IMG/VR virus record: IMGVR_UViG_3300016649_000397
Location: 1-52,192 of that record
Reading direction: 5' to 3' (one strand)
DNA from: a virus
Taxonomy: Duplodnaviria > Caudoviricetes
Length of the DNA stretch: 52,192 nucleotides
Shown here: positions 1-9,275 of the stretch, piece after piece
Position numbering within the stretch: position 1 is the first letter of the stretch
Layout: each line of letters begins with the position of its first letter
Translations under genes and position numbers: made by a program
Notes under the pieces: model-generated
Databases searched by the model: none
Told to the model about the DNA's origin: nothing
The model's input: only the letters and a program-made list of their open reading frames with translations

Positions 1-50
1 TTTACCTCATACCTATAGTAACCCAGATGTCTTTATAAGACATAGTTGTT

Positions 51-302
51 TTATTCCCCGCCGACTGATGGGGACACGAACTCGTCTTTTTCTGCGTCGT
101 ATGTGTCGCCAATGCCAGCATATTTGCCGCGAAAATTTCCGTTATAAGAAGTTTGTTTCCACGTGCCGCTCAATCCGATTGAGGCGATGAACGCCTGACC
201 AACCGACTCGCTTGCTGGGAACTCTCCGCCGCCGCAATCGCCGTTGGCAATCACGATGACTTCTCTCACGGTGTCGTTTTCGACTCTCGCAAAATGTGCC
301 AT
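51..302 (-). CDS. Small phage protein typically found beside glycine-rich fibre genes
   Basis: MAHFA...WKQTSYNGNFRGKYAGIG pattern; AGGAGG RBS upstream. Confidence 0.7.
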   Translation of the reverse strand: MAHFARVENDTVREVIVIANGDCGGGEFPASESVGQAFIASIGLSGTWKQTSYNGNFRGKYAGIGDTYDAEKDEFVSPSVGGE

Positions 303-348
303 ATGTTTTATACCTCCTGAATGTTTGATTGTATTAGAGATTTCATCG

Positions 349-2064
349 TCAGACCTTGAACCTTACGAGAACGATACCGCCACCGCCGTTGTAGCCCGAA
401 GTAGTCGTACCTGAACTCGTGCTACGACCACCACCGCCTGCGCCCGTATTTGTGCCGCCAGCAGTCCCAGCGACGGTATTGCTTGAACCGTTGCCACCAC
501 CGCCCACGCCGCCTGTTCCGCCTGTCGTCACACCGCCACCGCCACCGCCGCCTGCGTAGCGTGTCGTGGCTACGCTTTCGCCTCTGAATGTTGAAGCGTC
601 GTACCCTGCGCCACCTGCGCCACCCGTGTTGGCCGTACCAGCCGACCCGACTGCCGTGAAACCGCCGCCGCCGCCACGACCTGTTCGGTCTGAATGTGCC
701 GCACCGCCTGCGTAACCCGTCACCGTAGAGATGTACGGCAAGGTCGTCGTGTCGGCGGTGTTGAAAAGACCCGCACCAGATGCGCCATTTGAGTAGGAGT
801 TGCGACTGCTACCGCTGAAATGACCTGAGCCACCGCCCATAGACAACATCACGAGACTTGTGCCGATGTAAGACGGCGAACCTTGTGCGATGTTCTCAGT
901 CGCCGCTGTTGCAGATGCGCCACCGCCGACGACGATTTGAGTATTCGTGTCAAGATAAACAGTCGTCTGCGTCACTTGTCCTGCGCCGCCGCCACTACCA
1001 ACTTCATTGTTGGCGGAACTCCCACCAGCACCGCCGCCACCGACACACATAATGTCAAACAGACCAGCCTTCGTCACCGTCAAAGTACCCGATGCGGTGA
1101 ACTGCAAGATTCTGTAGTTCTGTCCGTTGATTGCCACTGGGTCGGCTATCACCGTTCCGCCAGTGGCGGTTCCATAAAATCCCGCCGTATCGGTCACCGA
1201 TGTGGTTCCCGCAACGACGAAACTTCCCGACGAGGTGAATGTGTGAACGGTGTAAAGAGGTGTTCCTGCTGGTGCGACTTCTTTTGTGCCGCCAGTTACG
1301 CTCAGACCTGTTGCGTCACTGGTCAGGTATCTGATAACGACGATGCCCGAGCCGCCGTTGCCTGCTAAACCATCATAGTTGGGACCTCCACCGCCGCCAC
1401 CTGTATTATTGCCACCGTTGCCGCCTGCACTATTATTAGCACCACCTGAACCGCCGCCCCCAGCACCACCAGCACCACCACTGCTGTAACCACCACCACC
1501 GCCGCCGCCCGCGTAAGTCACCGATGAGCCTGTGTACGAGTTCGCCGTTCCTGCGCCACCGTTGCCGCCTGCGTTCACACCCCCGTTGCTGCCCGCAGAC
1601 GATGCACCACCACCCCCACCACCGCTTCTTGTGCCTGCTGCGCCACCGTTATTTCCCTCGCCAGAAATGGCAGTGCCACCAGCCCCCGAATAAGAACCGC
1701 CGCCGCCACCAGACGAGCCGTTTCCACCTCTTGTTGGACCCTCCGTTCCAAAACCCTTTCCACCGAAGCCCCCACCGTTGGCAGACGAAATAAAAGATGA
1801 CGCACTGCCGTTGAAACCCACTCCTGACTGACCAGAACCCTGTGTCCCACGAGAACCGCCAGCACCGACCTTTACCGTGTAAGTCGCCTTGCCGATAATG
1901 CCGCTACCCGTGACGAACCCGCCCGCACCGCCACCGCCCGAAGAATAATCCGTATTGGCATAACTGGTTCCAGCACCGCCGCCGCCACCGACGAGCAGAT
2001 ACTCGACGGCAAGAGTGTTGCGTTCCCTCAACACCTTTGGTCTACGTGCATTAGAGACGCTCAT
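349..2064 (-). CDS. Glycine-rich tail fibre/virion protein with two repeat domains
   Basis: Two (V/D)xxxVGGGGxG...GGxGIVxxR domains; adjacent to structural genes. Confidence 0.75.
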   Translation of the reverse strand: MSVSNARRPKVLRERNTLAVEYLLVGGGGGAGTSYANTDYSSGGGGAGGFVTGSGIIGKATYTVKVGAGGSRGTQGSGQSGVGFNGSASSFISSANGGGFGGKGFGTEGPTRGGNGSSGGGGGSYSGAGGTAISGEGNNGGAAGTRSGGGGGGASSAGSNGGVNAGGNGGAGTANSYTGSSVTYAGGGGGGGYSSGGAGGAGGGGSGGANNSAGGNGGNNTGGGGGGPNYDGLAGNGGSGIVVIRYLTSDATGLSVTGGTKEVAPAGTPLYTVHTFTSSGSFVVAGTTSVTDTAGFYGTATGGTVIADPVAINGQNYRILQFTASGTLTVTKAGLFDIMCVGGGGAGGSSANNEVGSGGGAGQVTQTTVYLDTNTQIVVGGGASATAATENIAQGSPSYIGTSLVMLSMGGGSGHFSGSSRNSYSNGASGAGLFNTADTTTLPYISTVTGYAGGAAHSDRTGRGGGGGFTAVGSAGTANTGGAGGAGYDASTFRGESVATTRYAGGGGGGGVTTGGTGGVGGGGNGSSNTVAGTAGGTNTGAGGGGRSTSSGTTTSGYNGGGGIVLVRFKV

Positions 2065-2897
2065 TATGAAACCGTCAAACTTCCCGAACTATTGAAAACA
2101 AAATATGAATAGCCGCCGCCTGCGTCGGTCGGTGTCGCTGATGTTGCGCCGCTTGCGCTCACCGTCAAACCTGTTGCGTTCGCAGTCAGGTATCTGATGA
2201 CGACACGACCCGAACCGCCTGCGCCTGATGTGAATGACGCACCGCCACCGCCGCCACCTGTGTTCGCCGTGCCAGCCGTACCGTTGTTGCCACCAGCACC
2301 GCCGCCACCCGAACCGCCTGTGGTCGCCGCATCACCACCACCGCCGCCACCGCCCGAATAAGTCACCGATGAACCTGTGTAAGAGTTGGAAGAACCTGCG
2401 CCGCCGTTGCCTGAAACACCGTTGCTAGCGTTGCCACCAGCACCACCAGCACCGCCACCGCCGCCTGCGCCGTTCGGCTTATCGTAAAGCGAAATCGTTG
2501 CTGAGTTGCCGCCTGCGTTGCCCTCACCGCTTACCGCCGTACCGCCGTTGTAGGCAGCGCCGAATGCACCTGCGCCGCCGCCTGAGCCGCCGCTACCGCC
2601 GTCACGGGGACTACCTGCGCCGCCACCGTTAGCCGATGAAATAAACGATGACGCTGAACCGTTATTACCTGTGAAAGTTCCCGACGCACCACCAGCACCG
2701 ACCTTCACCGTGTAAGTCGCTTTGCCGATTATCCCTGAGCCTGTGACGAACCCGCCGCCACCGCCACCGCCACCGCCGCCTGCGCCAGCACCAGCGTTAT
2801 AAACGCCGCCCGAACCGCCGCCACCGACGAGCAAGTAGTCGACGCTCAACGTTTGAGGACCAAGCCTTGTGGCTCCATAGACGGATTCAATACCCAT
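2064..2897 (-). CDS. Glycine-rich tail fibre/virion protein, paralog of 349..2064
   Basis: Shares VxYLLVGGGG and GGFVTGSGIIGKATYTVKVGAGG with the neighbouring gene. Confidence 0.75.
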   Translation of the reverse strand: MGIESVYGATRLGPQTLSVDYLLVGGGGSGGVYNAGAGAGGGGGGGGGGFVTGSGIIGKATYTVKVGAGGASGTFTGNNGSASSFISSANGGGAGSPRDGGSGGSGGGAGAFGAAYNGGTAVSGEGNAGGNSATISLYDKPNGAGGGGGAGGAGGNASNGVSGNGGAGSSNSYTGSSVTYSGGGGGGGDAATTGGSGGGGAGGNNGTAGTANTGGGGGGASFTSGAGGSGRVVIRYLTANATGLTVSASGATSATPTDAGGGYSYFVFNSSGSLTVS

Positions 2898-2902
2898 CTA
2901 AA

Positions 2903-3241
2903 TCACGCAACCTCTTTTTCCCACCCGACAACCGTGACATTGACGACGCTGGCGGCATCCGCCAAACCCTGGAGAGTCTCCCCAGCCGTCAATACAAGCG
3001 CGGTATCAAACACCATCACATCGTTCGCGCCAATCGGCAACGCCGAAAGAAGCCTGTTGGCAGCCGTCGCCGCCGAACCGATGGAAAGCGTCACGGCTCT
3101 ATCCACCGTGTCGGTATTGCAGATGATGATCTGTTTAATAACCTCGACTCTTGAAGCCGCCACCGTCGCAATCGTCGTGGTGGTCGTGCCCAACTGTGTC
3201 GGACCGCCGAGCCTTTGTTCTGTTCTGTCTCCTACTGCCAT
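2903..3241 (-). CDS. Small beta-rich virion-associated protein, paralog of 4857..5195
   Basis: IKxIxxCNT motif and terminal GxE shared with 4857..5195; AGGAG RBS. Confidence 0.65.
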   Translation of the reverse strand: MAVGDRTEQRLGGPTQLGTTTTTIATVAASRVEVIKQIIICNTDTVDRAVTLSIGSAATAANRLLSALPIGANDVMVFDTALVLTAGETLQGLADAASVVNVTVVGWEKEVA

Positions 3242-3272
3242 GATCTATGCACTCCTTTTATATTATACACTA

Positions 3273-3656
3273 TTATACCCCAATATCCATAATCATAATT
3301 GCTCCTTCTGTCGATGTTGATAACCCGCCAGATGGAGGAATCGCTGCCCATTTCAAGCCGGTTGCTGTTGATGAGTCAACCATTAAAACATAATTTGCGA
3401 CAGCACCGACTGCCAATCGAGCAACCGTATTATCGGCCGTGCCAACCAACAAATCACCTTTGGCATCAATTATATTTGTGTTAATTGCATTTGATGGTAG
3501 CGATGAATAAGAAAGGCTTGCCCATGCAGTTGAGCCATTACCAATTTTATATCTTGCAGTATCGGTTTCTAAACCAAGTTCACCTTCTGCCAAAACAGGA
3601 TTGGCAGAAGTCCAGTTGGCAGCAGTATCACGTCTGAATTGAATTTGCACAGCCAT
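3273..3656 (-). CDS. Tail fibre-associated protein (hyaluronidase/Mtd-type N-terminal domain)
   Basis: IQFRRDTAANWTSANPVLAEGELGLETDT motif. Confidence 0.7.
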   Translation of the reverse strand: MAVQIQFRRDTAANWTSANPVLAEGELGLETDTARYKIGNGSTAWASLSYSSLPSNAINTNIIDAKGDLLVGTADNTVARLAVGAVANYVLMVDSSTATGLKWAAIPPSGGLSTSTEGAIMIMDIGV

Positions 3657-4864
3657 TATGCAGAACCTCCAGTGACAGCAAGTATGCCTCCGTATACAGA
3701 GTTAGCGTGTCCTCCATCCATATTAGTTGAATTCACTTCTCCATTTGATACAGCACCAATTTCAACCCAATAATTATCATAATAAATATAAGTTCTTCCG
3801 GTATCAGATTCATACCAAAGATCTCCAGCTGCTGGTGATGCTGGGGCTGAAGGGGAAATAGATACCCCACCAGCACCAGCACCAAACTCTGTATAATTTG
3901 TACCATCAGTTGTAAATTCCCATTTATCCGTTGTCTCATTCCAACGAATGGCAACATTCGGAGATGTTCCTCTTTCAACTTCAAGCCCTGCATTTAAGTT
4001 TGGTGATGCTGTAACTCCAGAGTTAAGAAGAATAAAGTTATCTTCAACATTTAGGTTAGCAGTGTTTAATGTTGTTGTGTTTCCACTTACTGTAAGATCG
4101 CCTGTAACCGTAAGATTGTTTGCAATAACGACATTCGCCGGCAATCCAATAGTGACGCTTGCACCTTCGCTTCCTGAACCGGAAACACTAATTTCATTAG
4201 CCGTACCAGTAATGCCGGCAACATAATTGCCACTTGTATCCGTACCCAGATCAATTACATCATTAATCCATATAGTTCCGTTAAACTTTAAAAATTCACC
4301 AGCAGCAACTGTATTTGATATGGCAACATTGTGAAGTTCATCAATCTCATAACCATTTTGTGTTGCAACATAGATAATACCATTATTTGTTGCACGAACA
4401 ACAACACCGATAAATACAAGATGATTTGGAGCAGTAGTTTTTGTTTTTGTAAATTGACCATTTGTTCCCAACCAAAGAATATCACCAACAGAATATCCAG
4501 CAGAAAGATCTATACCATCAATATAACCTCTAGTAATAACTGGACCATTTTGTGATGCAGCAATATTTGCACCGACAAGTCCAACTGTTTTTGAAGAAGT
4601 AGTATCAGATGTATAGTCTGCTCTTTTAACAGATGCATGATCGCCTGTTCCGCCGAACAAATAAACAACTGTTCCGGTTGTTAAAGTATTAGCCTCAGCA
4701 TTCCGGACATAGGAAACAACTGGTGCGTACCCATTAACCCAACCAGTTCCATCATAAACTAGATTTTGAAATTCTTCTGGGGTAGTAATTGTTACGTCGG
4801 TTAATCCACCGAGTGTATCTGCATTCTCGCCTTCAGAAAGTAATGAGCGATTAAGATCAGGCAT
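3656..4864 (-). CDS. Tail fibre-like structural protein
   Basis: Mosaic fibre motifs (GDLTVSGNTTTLNT, AGLEVERG, GDLWYESDTG). Confidence 0.7.
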   Translation of the reverse strand: MPDLNRSLLSEGENADTLGGLTDVTITTPEEFQNLVYDGTGWVNGYAPVVSYVRNAEANTLTTGTVVYLFGGTGDHASVKRADYTSDTTSSKTVGLVGANIAASQNGPVITRGYIDGIDLSAGYSVGDILWLGTNGQFTKTKTTAPNHLVFIGVVVRATNNGIIYVATQNGYEIDELHNVAISNTVAAGEFLKFNGTIWINDVIDLGTDTSGNYVAGITGTANEISVSGSGSEGASVTIGLPANVVIANNLTVTGDLTVSGNTTTLNTANLNVEDNFILLNSGVTASPNLNAGLEVERGTSPNVAIRWNETTDKWEFTTDGTNYTEFGAGAGGVSISPSAPASPAAGDLWYESDTGRTYIYYDNYWVEIGAVSNGEVNSTNMDGGHANSVYGGILAVTGGSA

Positions 4865-5195
4865 ATTCTACTCCACTGATTGCAAATGTTATAGCATTTG
4901 CTGTTACCTGCGTAACATGAATACTGCTGTTAGCGGGTATGACTATAGATGTATTATAGAATACAACATTATTTGATAGAACACTAACATTGCTTACAAT
5001 TTTATTTGAATTAGCAACAGTTGCACCATTCACAAGCAAGTGAATACTGCAAACGGCATTGGATGCTGTTGTGTTGCACAAATTAATGTTTTTAATTATT
5101 GAATAATTACCAGCTGTATTTGCAACAGTATAAACATTTGCGCCGGCCCCAACGTCTGATCCAACGTAGAAACTCTTGGGTGTTAAACTTGCCAT
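4857..5195 (-). CDS. Small virion-associated protein
   Basis: Tightly packed in the structural operon; paralog of 2903..3241. Confidence 0.65.
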   Translation of the reverse strand: MASLTPKSFYVGSDVGAGANVYTVANTAGNYSIIKNINLCNTTASNAVCSIHLLVNGATVANSNKIVSNVSVLSNNVVFYNTSIVIPANSSIHVTQVTANAITFAISGVEYA

Positions 5196-5537
5196 TTAGA
5201 CCCCCATCCAAACTAAAACTTCATTATCATATGTTGTTTCATTCATGTCTTGAATAACCGTTGCATCAAGAACATGGTCAACATAAGCACCAGAAGTATG
5301 TGAATTGGCTGTTGAGCCATCATAGCCTCTGTTTGAAGCAGTAAATGTATTTCCGGCTCTGGATGAAATTAATATTTTTTCTTCCGCCGCATTTCCTCTA
5401 TCAATAACAATTACGAAAGGGTGAGCCCCGGTGGGAAATGTTGATGCGTCTACAACAGAAAAAGAACTTGCAGAATTATTAATATTTGCAGAAAGTGTTG
5501 TCCGCAATACGCCGCCACTAAATTCTCTTCTTAACAT
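5196..5537 (-). CDS. Putative virion structural protein
   Basis: TTLSANI...EEKI...RGYDGSTANSH motif; AGGAG RBS. Confidence 0.65.
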   Translation of the reverse strand: MLRREFSGGVLRTTLSANINNSASSFSVVDASTFPTGAHPFVIVIDRGNAAEEKILISSRAGNTFTASNRGYDGSTANSHTSGAYVDHVLDATVIQDMNETTYDNEVLVWMGV

Positions 5538-5546
5538 GAGCTCTCC

Positions 5547-5930
5547 TTAGTCAATGCTGATATCAAGATCGCCCGTAGCAATTCTTAATGTATCTCCTGC
5601 ATCTGTTGTTTTATTGGCTGTAAGAGTGCCCCACAACAGCAAATTGCCGGATGTTAAAGCATCGTGAATACCAATAGCAACAACCGTTACTGCTGGCATA
5701 TTTGTAAAATCAATATTTGCATCATTGGATGTAGCACCACCAGATGATGCTGTAAAAGTAGCAGATTGACGAGCGTAAGACCCGCCTGCTATTTCTGTTC
5801 CGCCACCTGCATCGCTAGGTGCAACGCTGTAGAGTGCAACATAAACAGCCGAAGGCTTTGTGTATGTTGTTGTACCAAGAAAATGGTCAATCAACTTATC
5901 TTCAAGGTAGTTAGAAAGATTACCAGCCAT
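5547..5930 (-). CDS. Putative virion structural protein
   Basis: SNYLEDKLIDH...GSYARQ...DALTSGNLL pattern common after capsid genes; GGAGG RBS. Confidence 0.7.
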   Translation of the reverse strand: MAGNLSNYLEDKLIDHFLGTTTYTKPSAVYVALYSVAPSDAGGGTEIAGGSYARQSATFTASSGGATSNDANIDFTNMPAVTVVAIGIHDALTSGNLLLWGTLTANKTTDAGDTLRIATGDLDISID

Positions 5931-5934
5931 TTAT

Positions 5935-6216
5935 TTACGCCTCCAAACTATTATAGTACATTTGCTTTTCTTCGTCATTCGGTAATCTAAAATTGTCTAA
6001 AGCCAACAATCTTTTAGCTTCATCGGCTGGCAATTCTAGCATTCTATTCTCTTGTGTAAATGTAAAGCCATTTGGAAGAGAATACGCAAATCCGCTTTCA
6101 AAGCAAACAACAATTTTATCCCCAGCGGGGACTTCCTTATTCTCTACTTTTTTTGGTTTTGATTGCTTTGTCTTCTTTGGGGCAACATTTTCACTTGTAA
6201 CAACATTCTCTGACAT
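5935..6216 (-). CDS. Hypothetical protein after the major capsid gene
   Basis: Start re-called at MSENVV with a GGGAG RBS. Confidence 0.6.
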   Translation of the reverse strand: MSENVVTSENVAPKKTKQSKPKKVENKEVPAGDKIVVCFESGFAYSLPNGFTFTQENRMLELPADEAKRLLALDNFRLPNDEEKQMYYNSLEA

Positions 6217-6235
6217 AAAACTCCCTAATGTGATT

Positions 6236-6266
6236 ATGGCGGGGGGAGCAAGCTCCACCCCGCCAC
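6236..6266 (-). terminator. GC-rich hairpin after the capsid gene
   Basis: TGGCGGGGTGGAGC-TT-GCTCCCCCCGCCA on the minus strand; no clear U-tract. Confidence 0.5.
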
Positions 6267-6285
6267 GATCAATGACTAGCGACGA

Positions 6286-7317
6286 TCAGAGCGAACGCAG
6301 CTTGACATTCTTTGCAATCACATAAGAACCACCGTTCTCAATGTTGCTTGCAAGTCTGACAAACTGTGTGTACTCAATGGTGTCGGTCTTCGGCTGGAAC
6401 TGACGGTACACAGTAATATCTCTGTGGATACCAACAATTCTGTTGTTCGGGAATGTCAATTCGACATAACCATGCGAACCAGCAGCGCCCGAGTAGTCAC
6501 CAGAAACCGTTTCCGGCATCAGCGGGATTTCCACCAGCGGAATGCCATACGGTGCGAGACCTGTTGCGCCAGGACCACCATTTGCACGAACAGCACCATT
6601 CATGAATGCCTGCTCACCAAATGTCGAACCAGGGGCCGGAGCACCAGCGGTTGCGGCAGTTGCCGAGTTGGGATTCTGAAGGCTGAACGATGTGTCCTGC
6701 ACCAAGCCGGGACCCGAGAAGAAACGCAGTTCATTGCGCTTCTGCAGGTACTTTGTCGGCATGTTGCGAAGGATTCTGTCGTATGTTGCACGAGAGATGT
6801 TATTTCCACCCTCATCAACAGTCGTACCACCAGCAAGAGCAAGCTTGACGAAACCATCAAGTGCCTTGAGCAGTGCGTTGCCCGACGATGTATTGCCATT
6901 GATGAGCAAGTCATCCATGTCATTGGCTGTCTGACGAGCCATGACTTGGGCGATGTGATCTTCTAACGAAGCGCCCTCAATGTTGTCCTCAAGCGACTCT
7001 GTGCTGAGCTCCCAGTCCAAGCGCAACTTGACGCTCGAGAGCGAGACCTTTGAGAAGGTCACGGGAGCGTTTGCGCCTGTGTCTGTTGCCTCAGTTGCCT
7101 TTGCAAGCAAGCGAGTACCAATCGACAACTTGTCGATTTCCATCTGCGGGGTACGCATGCGAATAACGCGAGCGTTACGCATCAGGTTGGACTGATCCAC
7201 CACGAAATCAATAAAACGGTTAGACTGCTCAGGCTTGAGCAGACCACCCGATGCATTACCGACGACGCTCGTAGTAACCTCGTCAGCCTTTGCAAGAATT
7301 TCTTCTTGTGTTGCCAT
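6286..7317 (-). CDS. Major capsid protein (HK97 fold)
   Basis: 343 aa; GGLLKPEQSNRFID...SLEDNIEG...DGFVK motifs; follows protease/scaffold; AGGAGG RBS. Confidence 0.9.
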   Translation of the reverse strand: MATQEEILAKADEVTTSVVGNASGGLLKPEQSNRFIDFVVDQSNLMRNARVIRMRTPQMEIDKLSIGTRLLAKATEATDTGANAPVTFSKVSLSSVKLRLDWELSTESLEDNIEGASLEDHIAQVMARQTANDMDDLLINGNTSSGNALLKALDGFVKLALAGGTTVDEGGNNISRATYDRILRNMPTKYLQKRNELRFFSGPGLVQDTSFSLQNPNSATAATAGAPAPGSTFGEQAFMNGAVRANGGPGATGLAPYGIPLVEIPLMPETVSGDYSGAAGSHGYVELTFPNNRIVGIHRDITVYRQFQPKTDTIEYTQFVRLASNIENGGSYVIAKNVKLRSL

Positions 7318-7336
7318 AATGATTATTCCTCCTTAA

Positions 7337-8971
7337 TTATGACTTATATCCCAAAGACTCAATTAGAGTCTGCGGGAGATAGATGTTGTTCCAGACCGAC
7401 TTGGGAGTAGACTTAATGATTGCCTCCTCTTCTTCGTTATCCTCGGGGTCAACACTCTTTTTAACAGCGCCAGCGTTTGCGATTTCCTCAACTTTGGCAG
7501 TCTGCTCTTCCAGAGCCTTCTCAGTTGCTTCTAGCTTCTGAGTAAGTTCTGTCTTCTGATCTTCGAATCCCTTTGCAACCTCATCAATCTTAGCAGCAAC
7601 ATTTGCTTCAACTTCAGCCTTAAGCGAAGTGGCAAAGTCGTTAAGCTTCTGATCAATGACGGAGCCAAGAGCTTCTTTCAGAACATCAATATCCATTTCT
7701 TGTTCCTCCATTTGTTCAGTATTTACTGCTGCCTCGGATGAGACTTCAGCATCGTCAAGCTTTTCAAGCTCAACATCGCTTGGTTCCGAACTTAACCAAG
7801 CGACAAACTTTTTAACTAGTGACAGTTTCTTTTCATCACCATCAATAAAATTATCCATAGGTTTCACCTTATCATATTCTACATCATTTTGCAATTCAAA
7901 ATGACTACTTTCTTCACTTTCTTCTTCGGAGTCAAGATCTTTGCCTTCGAAGTAAATCCTACCCTGTTCAATAACATCTTCTAAATCCTCATAAACTGTA
8001 TCTAATAGAATATCCATTAAAACATCTTGATTTTCTAAGTCAAAGTTAATATCATTTTCGTTAATTTGGTCTAATAGGGCCACTTGAAGATCTTCTGCCT
8101 CAAAAGACTTTTTTGCTTCTTTTGCTCTTCTATACCTTTCAAGCATACGACGACCTTTAGCTGCAAGTCTTGCAGCATCAGACCTATCCTGAGGGACAGG
8201 TTCGCCCCATGCGGCAGCAGAAAGAGCCAATCTTGTTGGCTTACCATTTGGCTTTTTCATGGGACCAGAAGGGTTGCTGAAGAAGCGAACAAGGAAAGAT
8301 CCCTTGCGCCGCATTTTTTCAGGAGTATTTGCCGGTCCTTTAACACCGGGCTTAAGGTTTGCACCCTCAGTCTGCTTAAAGTGTCTTCTGCCAGCAGCAG
8401 TCAATCCACCTTTTGGATCCTTAAGAGGCTGCTTTGCTTTTTCAAACTCTTCTTCGATAATTTCAAGAACATACTTCAAATCACCATCATCATTCTTTTT
8501 GACTAGATCAATTGTAGCAATTGCATTTGCTGGATTATCAACCAAGCTTAATTCACCAAGATTATATTCCTTGATGACAGAAACCGGCCTGCCATTGTAC
8601 GACTTGCCCTGCATCATTTCCTTTTTCAGAATTTTTCCGCCAATGGAAAATGCTCTCAATGTGCCATCAAGAACTTTTTGCCATGTGCTCTCTGCACCTT
8701 TAGAAATATATGCTTCAACTTGAATAGCATTATACTCTTGACCATCTACACCTTTAACTTTAATTGGCTTATAGCTAATTGCTTTACCAACAGCAATTGG
8801 TGCATGCATTTCTCTAATATTACCTTGCCAATTTTTGAATGCATCAAGCGATGCATTGAAATCAACAAGATCTCCAACTTTATCAACATTATCAGCGGTT
8901 GCAATACCACTAACAATTCGTTGTTCTTTCTTCACCATGTCAATGGGGAAAGTAAGATTAAAATCTGTCAT
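7337..8971 (-). CDS. Prohead protease fused to a scaffold-like acidic coiled coil
   Basis: IVSGIAT..VDKVGD, IREMH, FSIGG, ELSLVDNPAN motifs; lies between portal and capsid genes. Confidence 0.85.
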   Translation of the reverse strand: MTDFNLTFPIDMVKKEQRIVSGIATADNVDKVGDLVDFNASLDAFKNWQGNIREMHAPIAVGKAISYKPIKVKGVDGQEYNAIQVEAYISKGAESTWQKVLDGTLRAFSIGGKILKKEMMQGKSYNGRPVSVIKEYNLGELSLVDNPANAIATIDLVKKNDDGDLKYVLEIIEEEFEKAKQPLKDPKGGLTAAGRRHFKQTEGANLKPGVKGPANTPEKMRRKGSFLVRFFSNPSGPMKKPNGKPTRLALSAAAWGEPVPQDRSDAARLAAKGRRMLERYRRAKEAKKSFEAEDLQVALLDQINENDINFDLENQDVLMDILLDTVYEDLEDVIEQGRIYFEGKDLDSEEESEESSHFELQNDVEYDKVKPMDNFIDGDEKKLSLVKKFVAWLSSEPSDVELEKLDDAEVSSEAAVNTEQMEEQEMDIDVLKEALGSVIDQKLNDFATSLKAEVEANVAAKIDEVAKGFEDQKTELTQKLEATEKALEEQTAKVEEIANAGAVKKSVDPEDNEEEEAIIKSTPKSVWNNIYLPQTLIESLGYKS

Positions 8972-9017
8972 AAAGATATACTCCTAAGTGTATGCTATTT
9001 ATGTATTATATAGCAAA

Positions 9018-9275
9018 TCACCCAATGGCATAAACTGCAAGAGTAACCCCTGCTGTCATGACTTGGAACTTGGTATAGTCACCCTCAACCTCAACATAGT
9101 TTTTACCTGCTGGGATTAAAACTTGGTGGGGACCACCGTTCAGCTTAACAATTGCATTTGTAGAGCTATGAGTATTAATAAAATGAACACAAGTTGTGTG
9201 ACCATTGATTGAAACCTCATTAGCGGCACTTGTAACTGCTGTATTGGAATAAATAATTCCCATTCCGTAACTCAT
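9018..9275 (-). CDS. Hypothetical protein
   Basis: Overlaps the portal stop codon; AGGAGG RBS. Confidence 0.6.
   Translation of the reverse strand: MSYGMGIIYSNTAVTSAANEVSINGHTTCVHFINTHSSTNAIVKLNGGPHQVLIPAGKNYVEVEGDYTKFQVMTAGVTLAVYAIG

Noticed and set aside
1860-2756. Diversity-generating retroelement TR/VR pair in the Gly-rich genes
   Set aside because: Differences are mostly synonymous and not adenine-specific; both copies are coding; no reverse transcriptase is present in the window
858-3484. Plus-strand Arg/His-rich ORFs over the Gly-rich genes
   Set aside because: Shadow frames of GGN codon runs
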